Shown piece by piece: positions 32,048 through 42,100 of a DNA stretch of 64,000 nucleotides. The translations under genes and the position numbers were made by a program. Below the pieces are notes generated by a model that saw only the letters and a program-made list of their open reading frames with translations, ran no database searches and was not told where the DNA came from. The stretch lies in NCBI GenBank assembly GCA_047602405.1, contig JASGHJ010000002.1, positions 1,120,001 to 1,184,000 on the forward strand, read 5' to 3'. The stretch's first letter is position 1. The number at the start of each line of letters is the position of its first letter. This DNA comes from Anaeromyxobacteraceae bacterium. GTDB taxonomy: Bacteria; Myxococcota; Myxococcia; Myxococcales; Anaeromyxobacteraceae.

Positions 32048-33844
32048 ATGAAGGAGTACGCCGCCCCGCTTCGCGACATGCGCTTCGTGCTGCGGGACCT
32101 CGCCCCGCTCGACGAGGTGACCCAGCTCCCCGGCTACGCGGACACCTCGCACGAGCTCGTCGACGAGATCCTCAAGGAGGCAGGCAAGTTCGCGGCCGGC
32201 GTGCTCTCGCCGCTGAACCGGCAGGGCGACAAGGTCGGCGCGAAGTGGAAGGACGGCGAGGTCACCACCGCGCCGGGCTGGAAGGACGCCTACCGGCAGT
32301 TCGTCGACGGCGGCTGGAACGCGCTCTCCTTCTCGCCGGACCACGGCGGCCAGGGGCTCCCCCGCCTCGTCGCGACGCTCGTCGAGGAGATGTGGAACGG
32401 CGCGAACATGGCCTTCGCGCTCTGCCCGATGCTCACGAAGGGCTCCATCGAGGCCCTCGAGCTGTGCGGCTCCGACGAGCTCAAGGAGCGGTACCTCGGC
32501 AAGCTCGTCTCCGGCGAGTGGGCGGGCACCATGCTCCTCACCGAGCCGAACGCGGGCTCGGACCTCGCGGCGGTGCGCACGAAGGCGGTCCCGCAGGGCG
32601 ACGGCACCTTCAAGCTCACCGGCCAGAAGATCTTCATCACCTACGGCGAGCAGGACCTCACCGAGAACATCGTCCACCTCTGCCTCGCCCGCACCCCGAC
32701 CGCGCCCGAGGGCGTGAAGGGCATCTCGCTCTTCGTCGTGCCGAAGTTCCTCCCGGCGGAGGGCGGCGGCCTCGGCAAGCGCAACGACGTCCGCTGCGTC
32801 TCGATCGAGCACAAGCTCGGCATCCACGGCAGCCCGACCGCCGTGCTCGCGCTCGGCGACGGCGAGGGCGCGGTGGGCTGGCTCGTGGGCGAGGAGAACC
32901 GCGGCCTCGAGTACATGTTCATCATGATGAACGCCGCCCGGTTCCAGGTCGGCATCGAGGGCGTCGGCCTCTCGCAGCGCGCCTACCAGGCCGCGGTCGA
33001 CTACGCGCGGGAGCGGCTCCAGGGCACCGAGCTCGGCTCGAAGAGCCGCGACCGCGTCGCCATCGTCCGCCACCCCGACGTGCGCCGGATGCTGATGGAG
33101 ATGCGGGCCCGCACCGAGGCGATGCGGGCGCTCGCGTGCGTGGTGGCGTCGGCCACCGACGCGGCCCGGCTCCACCCCGACGCCGCCCGCCGGAAGGCGG
33201 CCGGGGCCTTCGTCGACCTCATGATCCCGGTCGTGAAGGGCTGGAGCACCGAGAACGCGAACCTCGTCACCTCGCTCGGCGTCCAGGTCCACGGCGGCAT
33301 GGGCTACGTCGAGGAGACCGGCGCGGCGCAGCTGTACCGCGACGCGCGCATCACCACGATCTACGAGGGCACGACCGGCATCCAGGCGGCGGACCTCATC
33401 GGCCGCAAGGTGGCGCGGGACGGCGGCGCGGCGCTCCTCGCGGTGCTCGGCGAGATGCGCGCGACCGAGGCCGCGCTCAGGAAGGAGGACGGCTCCGCGC
33501 AGCAGGCGATCGCGGCCCGGCTCGGGGAGGGCATCGCCGCCCTCGAGAAGGCCGGGCGGTGGGTCGCGGCCACCTTCGCGTCCGACGTCCGCCGCGCCGC
33601 GGTCGGTGCGGTCCCGTTCCTCGAGCTCGCCGGCGTCGTCGCGGGCGGCTGGCAGATGGGCCGGGCGGCGCTCGCCGCCGCGAAGCACCTGCGCGCCGGC
33701 GGAGGCGACGCCGCGTTCTACAAGGCGAAGCTCGTCACCGCGCGCTTCTACGCCGAGCAGGTCCTCGTGAAGGCCGCCGGCCTCGCCGCCGCCGTCACCG
33801 ACGGCGCCGAGGGCGCGCTCGCGATCGAGGACGAGCAGCTCTAG
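32048..33844 (+). CDS. Acyl-CoA dehydrogenase (long, DmdC/FadE-like)
   Basis: MLLTEPNAGSD, GQKIFIT, EHKLGIHGSPT, QVHGGMGY, IYEGT. Confidence 0.95.
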   Translation: MKEYAAPLRDMRFVLRDLAPLDEVTQLPGYADTSHELVDEILKEAGKFAAGVLSPLNRQGDKVGAKWKDGEVTTAPGWKDAYRQFVDGGWNALSFSPDHGGQGLPRLVATLVEEMWNGANMAFALCPMLTKGSIEALELCGSDELKERYLGKLVSGEWAGTMLLTEPNAGSDLAAVRTKAVPQGDGTFKLTGQKIFITYGEQDLTENIVHLCLARTPTAPEGVKGISLFVVPKFLPAEGGGLGKRNDVRCVSIEHKLGIHGSPTAVLALGDGEGAVGWLVGEENRGLEYMFIMMNAARFQVGIEGVGLSQRAYQAAVDYARERLQGTELGSKSRDRVAIVRHPDVRRMLMEMRARTEAMRALACVVASATDAARLHPDAARRKAAGAFVDLMIPVVKGWSTENANLVTSLGVQVHGGMGYVEETGAAQLYRDARITTIYEGTTGIQAADLIGRKVARDGGAALLAVLGEMRATEAALRKEDGSAQQAIAARLGEGIAALEKAGRWVAATFASDVRRAAVGAVPFLELAGVVAGGWQMGRAALAAAKHLRAGGGDAAFYKAKLVTARFYAEQVLVKAAGLAAAVTDGAEGALAIEDEQL

Positions 33845-34257
33845 GCCGGATCGCCGGCGCCGGCCCCGGCCGGCGCCGCCCCGCGCGCGCGGAGCCAGGC
33901 GCCGAGGAGCACGCAGGGGGCCGCGGTCACGACGAGCGCGACGGGGTACCAGCGCGGCCCCAGGTCGGGGTTCGCGACGGCGACCGCGAGGCCCGCGAGC
34001 CCGAGGAGCGTGCCGATCGCGGCGAGCCAGGCGGCGTGGCGCATCGGGCGCGCCGGCGCCAGCCGCGCGGTGATCCAGCCGCCGAGCACGGTGAAGGCGA
34101 CCCGGTAGGCCGTGGCGAGCCCGAAGAGGCCGTCGCTCATGCGCGCGCCCCAGGGCGGGTAGACGCCGGCGGAGTGCAGCGCCTGGTCCGCGGCGATCGA
34201 GAGGGCCGCCGTCGCGACGAGGCCCGCGACCACCGCGAGCACGCTCCGGCCCTTCAC
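33841..34257 (-). CDS. Hypothetical 4-TM membrane protein
   Basis: VKGRSVLAVVAG...GPRWYP; its GTG overlaps the SRPBCC stop. Confidence 0.75.
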   Translation of the reverse strand: MKGRSVLAVVAGLVATAALSIAADQALHSAGVYPPWGARMSDGLFGLATAYRVAFTVLGGWITARLAPARPMRHAAWLAAIGTLLGLAGLAVAVANPDLGPRWYPVALVVTAAPCVLLGAWLRARGAAPAGAGAGDPA

Positions 34258-34757
34258 GGCTTCACCCGGCCGGCGAGCAGCCGCTCGAGCTTCCCGAGCT
34301 CGCCGTCCCAGCCCATGACCGCGCGCTTCGTCCAGGTCTCGTCGTGCATCCGGTCGGTGGTGAGGAGGAGCTTCACGCCGCCGTCGGCGGGGTAGAGGTC
34401 CACCGTGACCTCCACGTCGTAGGGCGCGACCCCCGGGATGAAGTCGGCCGCGTGCTGGTAGACGAGCCGCCGGTGGGGCTCGACCACCGTGTAGCGGAGG
34501 CGGGCGGCGGTCGTGGTGGGCGCGTTCTGGGTCTTCATGAACGCGATCATCTCGGGCGCGACCGCGATCATGTCGTACTCGCACACGCCCCCGGGCCTCA
34601 CGTCGAGCGACCGGACCTCGACGCGGAAGCCGTCGGGTCCCCACCACGACTCGAGGCCCTCCTTCGTCGTCCAGAGCTCCCACACCTCCGCGAGCGTGCC
34701 GCGGAGCTGCCGGGTGAGGGTGATGCGGTCCTTCTTCTGCGCGGGGGACGTGGTCAT
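34254..34757 (-). CDS. SRPBCC / AHSA1-like domain protein
   Basis: VWELWTT..L..WWGP.GF...DVRPGG...GW...L.KL. Confidence 0.9.
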   Translation of the reverse strand: MTTSPAQKKDRITLTRQLRGTLAEVWELWTTKEGLESWWGPDGFRVEVRSLDVRPGGVCEYDMIAVAPEMIAFMKTQNAPTTTAARLRYTVVEPHRRLVYQHAADFIPGVAPYDVEVTVDLYPADGGVKLLLTTDRMHDETWTKRAVMGWDGELGKLERLLAGRVKP

Positions 34758-35095
34758 GGCGCTCCGGGCGTGCGGGTACGGCGGTGGCGCTGGCGCTCCT
34801 CGAGGGCGCGCTCGAACCGGTCGAGGCGGCCCTCCCAGAGCCGGCGGTAGCCGTCGATCCACGCCTCGAGCCGCTGGAACGGCTCGGGGCGCAGCGAGTA
34901 CATGCGGCGCGGACCCTCCGGCCGGACCTGGACGAAGCCGGCCTCGTGCAGGATCCGCAGGTGGCGCGAGACGCCGGACTGGTGGATGTCGACCCGGGCG
35001 ACGAGGTCGTTCACCGACTGCTCGCCGGCGCGGAGCGCCTCCACGATGCGGAGGCGGTTCGGATCGGCGAGGGTCTCGAAGAAGGTGGTCTGCAT
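34754..35095 (-). CDS. ArsR/SmtB family regulator
   Basis: F..LADPNRLRIV..L, QSGVSRHLRIL..AG.V. Confidence 0.92.
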   Translation of the reverse strand: MQTTFFETLADPNRLRIVEALRAGEQSVNDLVARVDIHQSGVSRHLRILHEAGFVQVRPEGPRRMYSLRPEPFQRLEAWIDGYRRLWEGRLDRFERALEERQRHRRTRTPGAP

Positions 35096-35133
35096 GGCGA
35101 CGGCGGGGCGCTGGGTGGGCGAAGCACTGCGGT

Positions 35134-35157
35134 ACATATGCATCGTAGTGCATATGT
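35134..35157. promoter_or_regulatory. Inverted repeat ACATATGCA-N6-TGCATATGT, probable ArsR operator
   Basis: Perfect 9-bp arms, AT-rich, about 40 nt upstream of the ArsR start. Confidence 0.75.
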
Positions 35158-35506
35158 GGACGCGATCGAGCGCCCGGGTGGGGCGCGGCTGCCCGGGGAG
35201 GGTGCAGCCGCCTGCCCGGTTCGCGCGCTGCGGCGGCTCGCCGCGGCGGTGAACTCGCCGGGATCGCTGCGATCGTGCGGGGGAGCGGCCGGCCCGAAGC
35301 TTGCTCTCCGGGTGGCCGGCTCGCGCCGGCTCCGCCCACTCAGCCGCGTCGGCGCGCGCCGCAGTGACTCACGGTCGGCGCGGGGAGGCTCCGGTCCAGG
35401 GAACCGGACCTCCTCGCGCCGGTCGGCCCGCACGCCGGCGCGTTCGACGCTGGGTCGACGCGATTGGGCTTGAACGTCCACCGCGCGGGGCGCATGGTCC
35501 CGCGCC

Positions 35507-36283
35507 GTGACCGAGCTGGACCCGCTGATCGCCGAGGCCCGCCTCGAGCACAACCTGAGGCGCGCGCTGCCGACGCTGGCGGTCGCGGCCGCGGTGGTCT
35601 TCTGCCACGTGCTCTACTTCGCGACGCCGGGCGGCGATCCGGGGTCGGTGCAGGCGCGGTGGGAGGGCCTGCTCGAGGTCGCGCACGAGGGGCTGTTCGT
35701 GGCGCTCGTCGCGCTGACGCTGCTCGTCTGGCACGCCGGGCGCGCGCGGCCGGCCCCCTGGCGCGCCGTGGTCCCGCCGGCCATCGCGCTGGTGGCCACC
35801 GCGGGGGGTGCCGTCCTCGCGGGGATCGACCAGCTCGTGACCGCGGCGATCACCCCCTACCTCATCGCGTCGTTCGGGGTGCCGCTCCTCGTCCGGCTCC
35901 CGATCTGGCAGGCCGCGGCGATCCAGCTCGCCGGGATGGCGCTGCTCGCGCAGGGGATCCTCGCGCACCAGGTCGCCGCGGCGGGGCGCATCTCCGCGCT
36001 CGTGAACGGCCTCTCGGTCTCCGCGCTCGGCGTGGCCCTCGGCGCGACGCTCACCCGGGCGTTCGAACGCGCGGAGGGGGCCCGCCTCGTCATCGCGCGG
36101 CAGGGGAAGGAGCTCGCGGAGCTGCGCGGCCTGCTCCGGATCTGCGCCTACTGCGGCCGCATCCACGAGGAGGGGAAGTGGGAGCGGCTCGACCACTACG
36201 TCGCGCGGCACACCGCCGCGGAGCTGTCGCACGGCATGTGCGAGGACTGCTTCGCGAAGGAGCTGGCGAAGCTGAAGCCCTGA
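35507..36283 (+). CDS. Multi-TM protein with C-terminal Cys4 (Zn-ribbon-like) domain
   Basis: About 6 TM segments, a coiled coil, then LRGLLRICAYCGRI...W...Y......LSHGMCEDC. Confidence 0.8.
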   Translation: MTELDPLIAEARLEHNLRRALPTLAVAAAVVFCHVLYFATPGGDPGSVQARWEGLLEVAHEGLFVALVALTLLVWHAGRARPAPWRAVVPPAIALVATAGGAVLAGIDQLVTAAITPYLIASFGVPLLVRLPIWQAAAIQLAGMALLAQGILAHQVAAAGRISALVNGLSVSALGVALGATLTRAFERAEGARLVIARQGKELAELRGLLRICAYCGRIHEEGKWERLDHYVARHTAAELSHGMCEDCFAKELAKLKP

Positions 36284-36287
36284 GCCG

Positions 36288-36740
36288 TCAGGGCAGGGTG
36301 CCGTCGAAGGTGTAGAAGTGCTTCCCGTCCGGGTCGATGCGGATGGTGAGCGTCCCCTCCAGCCCCGCGAGCGCGCCGGAGCCCGAGCCGGGCACCACCG
36401 CGATGGTCAGGGCCTGGCCGCCCGGGGTCATCGTGCCGACGTGGGTGAGCATGAACGCGCCCTCGCGCCCCGCGAGCTTCCCCTGCACACGGTCGAGGGC
36501 GACGTAGGCGGCGAAGGCCTCCTTCACCGTCGACGAGGCCATCATCTCCCCCGCGGCGATCGCGTCGAGCTCGCCGTGGAAGGTCTTCTCGATCGAGAGG
36601 CGAGGGAACGCGCCGGGGCGGGGGTCGGCGATGGGCGCGACCTTCACGTCGAAGGCGCCGGAGGCGTGGAGCTTCATGCGGGTAGACTCCTTGGGCGCGG
36701 CGGCCGCGAGGGCCACGAGGGCGGCGGTGGCGAGGGTCAT
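36288..36740 (-). CDS. DUF3224 family protein
   Basis: ASGAFDVK, K.FHGEL, YVA..RV.G.LAGREG.F...H, VVPGSGSG.LAGL.G. Confidence 0.85.
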   Translation of the reverse strand: MTLATAALVALAAAAPKESTRMKLHASGAFDVKVAPIADPRPGAFPRLSIEKTFHGELDAIAAGEMMASSTVKEAFAAYVALDRVQGKLAGREGAFMLTHVGTMTPGGQALTIAVVPGSGSGALAGLEGTLTIRIDPDGKHFYTFDGTLP

Positions 36741-36800
36741 GGCCGGAGTGTGACCGTACCCCGGGTTCGCGGCTTGAAGAAACGCGTCCTCGCCCGGTGC

Positions 36801-37349
36801 TCACCCGTCGTCGCGAGGGAGCACGACGAGCGTGACCCGCCCCGCGCGCCGCCACTCCTTCTCGAAGTCGGCGAGCTTGCGCTCCCGGGGCCCGCGCGCC
36901 GGATCCATGGTGCGCACCCGCCCCCGCACCGCGTCGAGCCCGGTCACCACCTCGTAGTGCGGGTACTGCTTGAAGAGGTGCCGCTGCACGACGCCCACGA
37001 GCACCGGCCGCCCGCGCGCGAGCTCCCGCTCGAGGTCGGCGCGCTCGCCCTCGAGCAGGAAGGCCTGGAGCCCCTGGCTGCGCGCGTAGTCGCGGAGCGC
37101 CACCGCGCGCAGGGGCTCGCCGGCGCCCCCGGCGGCCACCGCGATGGTGCGCTGGGGCACCGGCCGATCCCAGCGCGCCAGCACCGCCGCGAGCGCCGCG
37201 GCGCCACAGCCCTCGCGGCTCGTCTGCCGGACCGTGCGGACGCCGTCCGCGACGAGCCAGCCCGACCCCGCGGGCGCCGAGGCGGAGCGGGCGCCCGCGC
37301 AGGCGCTCGCGGCGAGCGCCAGGGCGGCCGCGAGCGCGAGGCGCCTCAT
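36801..37349 (-). CDS. Stand-alone C39-like cysteine peptidase, lipoprotein
   Basis: LAASAC lipobox; RQTSREGCGAAAL (Q/C), HYEVV.G (H), DP (D). Confidence 0.85.
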   Translation of the reverse strand: MRRLALAAALALAASACAGARSASAPAGSGWLVADGVRTVRQTSREGCGAAALAAVLARWDRPVPQRTIAVAAGGAGEPLRAVALRDYARSQGLQAFLLEGERADLERELARGRPVLVGVVQRHLFKQYPHYEVVTGLDAVRGRVRTMDPARGPRERKLADFEKEWRRAGRVTLVVLPRDDG

Positions 37350-37639
37350 CGCACGGTGAGCAGCAGGACCACGAGGAGGGCCACGATGATGGCGCCGCTC
37401 GTGATGTACACGCCGCTGTCGCCGCCCGCGTAACCGCCCACCTTCGGCGCCGCCGCGCGGTCGCGCTCGGCGTACCCCTGGACCTCGCCGGCCGCGGGCG
37501 CCGGGGTCGCGGCCGGCGCGGTCTCCGCCGGCACCGCCTTCGCGTGGGTACCCCGGGCGGGGCGAGGCTCCGCGGCGCGCGCGAGCGCGGGCGCGGAGAA
37601 GAGGAGGGCGAGCACGGCCCCCAGCACGAGCTTCCGCAT
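37346..37639 (-). CDS. Small exported precursor with Gly-Gly motif and C-terminal hydrophobic helix
   Basis: MRKLVLGAVLALLFSAPALA signal, Ala/Pro linker, YAER....KVGGYAGG|DSGVYITSGAIIVALLVVLLLTVR; ATGA overlap with the C39 gene. Confidence 0.75.
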   Translation of the reverse strand: MRKLVLGAVLALLFSAPALARAAEPRPARGTHAKAVPAETAPAATPAPAAGEVQGYAERDRAAAPKVGGYAGGDSGVYITSGAIIVALLVVLLLTVR

Positions 37640-37772
37640 GATGGTTCCCCCTGGGAGGGCCCGCGCTCCGGCCGGGCGGCCGGGCGTGTCGATCCCTCCC
37701 GCTCGAAACCTCGGGAGGCACGGGCCAGGGCGCAACCTCCGCCGCCCGCGCCCGCCCGCCCGCGTCCCGGGC

Positions 37773-39117
37773 TCAGCCCGCCCGCGCCCCGAGCCGCCGA
37801 CGCACGAAGCCGATGTGCTCGCGCAGGACGTAGAACTGGTCGGCGAACGCCACCGGGAGCCTGAGCGCGTCGGCCCGGGCCTCCAGCGCGTCGAGCCGCC
37901 CCGCGAGCGCCGCCCCGTCCTCGCCGCCGCTCGCGCGCAGGTCGCGCTCGAGCTCGAGGAGCGCGCCGTAGATGCGCAAGAGCCGGAGCCGGATTCCGCC
38001 AGCGGTAGATCGTGGGCAGGAGCCGGAAGGCCGGGACGAGGAGGAGCACGAGCGGGACGAGGGCCCACAGGAACCGGTCGGCGAGGCTCGCGGCCCAGAA
38101 CGGGAGCACCTTGTAGAGCCAGCGCTTGCCCGACTGGTAGTAGCGCCGGGCGTCGTCGCTGAGGGGCAGGTCGTGCTCCCGTGCGGCGGGGAACTCCCCG
38201 GCCTTCGCGAGCAGGCCGGCGCGGCCGTGGACCTCGCGCAGCGTCTCGAGGAGGAGGTCGGAGATCGCGGGGTGCAGGTCGGCGCGCGCGACGAGCTCGA
38301 CGCTGGAGGCGGCGAGGGCGAGGTCCGCGGCGGGGAGGTTGGTCGAGAGCTCGAGGGCGCCCATGGGGATGACGAGGCGGTCGAGGTACGGGAACCTGCG
38401 GACGATGGCGTCGAGCTGCGAGAGCTGGATCGCGTGCAGCGCGGGGTGGCCGACCAGGCCCCGGATGACCTTCGGCGAGGCCGAGTCGCCCATGAGGAAC
38501 GCGGCGTCGACCTGGCCCTTCTGCAGCGCCTCGCCGAGGGCGTCGTCGTCGAGGTCGACGAACTCGGTGCCGTTGCCCGCCTCGACCCCGCTCGCCTTGA
38601 GGAGCGTGGTCGCGAGCACGCGCGTGCCGCTGCCCTCGGGGCCGACCACGAGCCGCTTGCCGTTGAGGTCGAAGAGCCGGTCGGGCGGATCGCCGCGCAC
38701 GATGATCCAGAGGGGCTGGCGCCCGATGGTGCCGAGCGAGGCGAGCTCCCGGCGGGCCTCGCCCGGCGCGGGGTCGGGCAGCTTCACGCCCACCTGCACG
38801 AAGCCCACGTCGACGTCGGCGGCCGGGTCGGAGAGCCGGCGCAGGTTCTCGAGCGAGCCGTGCGAGGGCACGAGTCGGACCGTGACCCCGCTGCGCTCCA
38901 TGGCGGCCCGGTAGCGCTCGGCGGAGCGCTGGAACGAGGAGCCGTCGGGCCCCGACGCGATCGTGATGGTCTTCGGCGGCGCGGGGCGGATCCAGTGCAG
39001 CACCGCCCAGACGCCCAGCGCGAGGACGAGGGCGAGCGGGATGGCGGAGAGGACGAGCTCGCGCCGGGAGGCGGTGGCGAGGAGCCGCCCGAGGCGGCCG
39101 GGGCTTGCCGGTTCCAT
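37773..39117 (-). CDS. TAXI-family TRAP solute-binding protein with TM anchors; frameshift near 37994 as sequenced
   Basis: PAPPKTITIASGP.GS, GSLENL, G.EGSGTR, LHPA, A.RYY.SG...L...LPFW.A. Removing one base restores YRWRIRLRLLRIYG, joining ORF 37773..37979. Confidence 0.82.
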
Positions 39118-39181
39118 GGCTGGCCCCGGTCTTACCACGGAGACCGCCCCGGGCCGGCCCGGAGCGGTCGCCCGACCCCGG

Positions 39182-42100
39182 TCAGTTCGGGATCGGGTTG
39201 TGGCAGAGCGTGCAGTACGCCGGCTTGGGGTTCTCCGGCGGGTGCTTGAACGCCCAGCGCGTCGTGTAGGTCGTGCCCGTGGAGGTGGTCACGAGCCCGG
39301 CCGGCGCGTCGTGGCAGTTGCCGCAGTCGACCGCGAGCTTCGCGCCCGCGCGGTCCACGAGGAAGTGGCGGTCCACGGTGTACGTCTTCGTGTTGCCCTT
39401 GTACGACGCGGTCACCGACGTGAGCGTGTACGGGCGCGAGTCGCCGGCGCCGCTCGCCTTCGTGGTGGCCTTGTTCCAGGCGGTGCTGACGAGGTCGCTG
39501 CCGTACTCGTGGCAGGTGTTGCACTGCAGGGTGATGAGCGTGCCCACGCCCGCGGGCGAGTTGTGGTCGTAGCCGATCGCCGCCTTCCCGCCGATGCCGC
39601 CGGTGTGGCAGGCCGAGCAGGGGTTCGCCGCGGTGTCGGGGTGGGCCAGGTTCGCGAGGCCGGCCTGGACGTAGGTCGTGGGCGCCGGCGGGGCCGGGAC
39701 GTTGAAGCCGCCCACCGTCAGGAGCGCGGGGGCGCCGGCGCCGAGCCAGTTGGGCGCCGAGGCCGAGCCGGTGCCGGGCCAGTCGTGGCACTCGCTGCAG
39801 TCCTTCGTGGTGGAGGCGTTCGTGAACGTGGAGTGATCCTGGGCCGCGAAGGTCGCCCCGGGCTTCTCGCCCAGGTGGCACGCCGAGCAGCGCCCGGTCG
39901 TCGCGTTCCTCACGTACGGCGCGGTGGACGTGAAGCTCGCGTGGAACCGCGCCTGCGCCCACTCCTTGCCCGCGATGCCCGCGGCGGTCGAGGTGCCCGC
40001 CTGCGCGTGGCAGAAGTTGCACTCGTGCGTCGTGACGTTCGAGTTCGCGTGGTCGATGCGGGCGAGCGTCGTCGAGACCACGCCCGAGGCCGCGCTCGCG
40101 GTGGTCTTCGTGGTGGAGTCGGTCACCCCGGCCGGGAGGTTGTTGCCGGTGCCCTGGACCGTGCCGTTGCCGTTCGCGGTGCCGTGGCAGGTGGAGCAGG
40201 CCGCGTTCGTGCGGCCGGCCACGTGGTAGACCGACGCCTTCGACCACGCCGACCCCGAGGCCTTCGCGTCGGCCTGGTGGCAGGGGGCGCACTCGGCGCC
40301 CTTCACGCCGGTCGCCTGGTGGCTCATCCACTGCAGCGTGTTGGACGTGCCGTTCGCGCCCTGCGGGAACGCATACGCGACGGTGCCCTGGGTCGTGCCC
40401 GCGGGGGCCGAGCCCGTGTGGCAGGCGAGGCAGGCGGTGGGCTGGGCGGTGACCTTCGGGTGGAGCGCGCCGGTCTTCCACTGCGCCGCGGTCGAGGCGA
40501 CGGTGCTCTGCGCGAGCGCGGTCGTGTGGCAGACCTCGCAGGCCTGCTGCGTGAGGACGGCCGCACGGTGGGCCATCGCGTAGGTGGTCCCCGACGTCAC
40601 GTCGGCGGCCGTGCTCGCCATGAGCGGGTAGTGGCACAGGACGCAGTCGGCCGGGACGGCGGCGCCGATGTTCTTGTGGAACGCGCCGTCGTTCCAGGCG
40701 CCGCCCACCGCCGCGGGGCCGGGCTTGTGGTGGCAGGTCGAGCAGTCGAGGTCGTCGACGCTGTTCGCGGTGACCCCGTCGATCACCGTCGCGGCCTTGA
40801 AGGTCGCCGAGTGATCCATGGAGACGAGGTGGTTCGTCCCGGCCGCCTCCACGATGCCGCCCGGCCACATCGGCGCGTGGCAGTCCGAGCAGTGCGCGGT
40901 CGGCTGCGGCAGCGGCGACACCGCGCCGTTGAGGGTCGGCTTGTAGCCCGCGAGCGCGGTGTGGAAGGTGCCGGTGGTGAAGTCGAGCACGTTGCCGCTC
41001 GCGTCGTAGGGCGCGTGGCAGTGCCAGCACTTCGTGTTGTCGGGGGCGCTCTCCGGGCCCGGGCTCACGGCCGCCGGGATGCCGGCCGAGACGTGGGACA
41101 TGCCGCCGTAGAGCGTGAGCGAGGTCGAGGTGTAGCCGGTCACGAACGTGCCGGTCCGGGTGAGCAGGAGCTCGGTGATCGTGACCTTGGAGTTCGGGTC
41201 GGAGACGATGGTGGCGCCCGGGTAGCCGCTCGCGTCGCGCCAGTCGCCGCCGGGCAGCTGGTAGCTCACGTAGGCGCCGCGGGTCACCGTCTTCGAGTGG
41301 CAGCCGATGCAGTCGCCCTTGCCCGAGGTCGCGTGGTCGAAGTTCGGGGTCACGAGCGCCGCCCACTCCGCGGGCGTGTGGCCCGGCTGGAGGTCGAGCC
41401 GCTGGCTCATGTGGCAGGCCATGCAGGTGGAGGGCTTCCGCGCGGCGTGGTCGAAGCCCCCCTTCGCCCAGTTGTGGTTCGTGCCCCACTGGCCGGTGCC
41501 CGGGTTCGCGTGGCAGACCGCGCAGTCCATGCCGTTGCCGTGCTTCACGCCGGCCGGGTTCGTGCCGTAGTCGAACGGGCTCGTCTGGAAGGTCGTGGAG
41601 AGCCAGCCGGTGGTCGAGGTCGGGCGCTGCCCCTCGTGGCAGGGCAGGCAGGTGCTCGGCGTCCCCGCGGCGGCGGTGTGGAACTTGCCGCCCTTCCAGG
41701 ACGTGACGCCCGCGCCGGTGCCCGCGTGACAGGTCGAGCACTCGCCGGTCGCGCCGTTCGCGTGATCGAACGTGCGCTGCCCGGGCGGCGCCGTCACGGC
41801 GGTCGTGATCGCGGCCGTCGGGCGCGAGTTCGCGTGGCAGTCGAGGCAGGAGGCCGGCTGGGCGCCGAGCGAGGCGTGGTAGAGCGCCGCCGGGCCGTTG
41901 CCGGTCCTGGGCGTCGCCCACGAGGCCGCCGTGGCCCCGGGGGCCACGTGGCAGGCGCCGCAGTCGGACGTGAGGAGCGGCGTCGTGCCGGGCTTGCCGT
42001 TCACCCACGCGACGGCGTCGTGCTTCATCTCGCCGGAGGCCGGGCTGCGGGCCGGGCTCGTGGCGGTCGGGCCGACGAAGCCGACCGGCATCGCGTCGGC

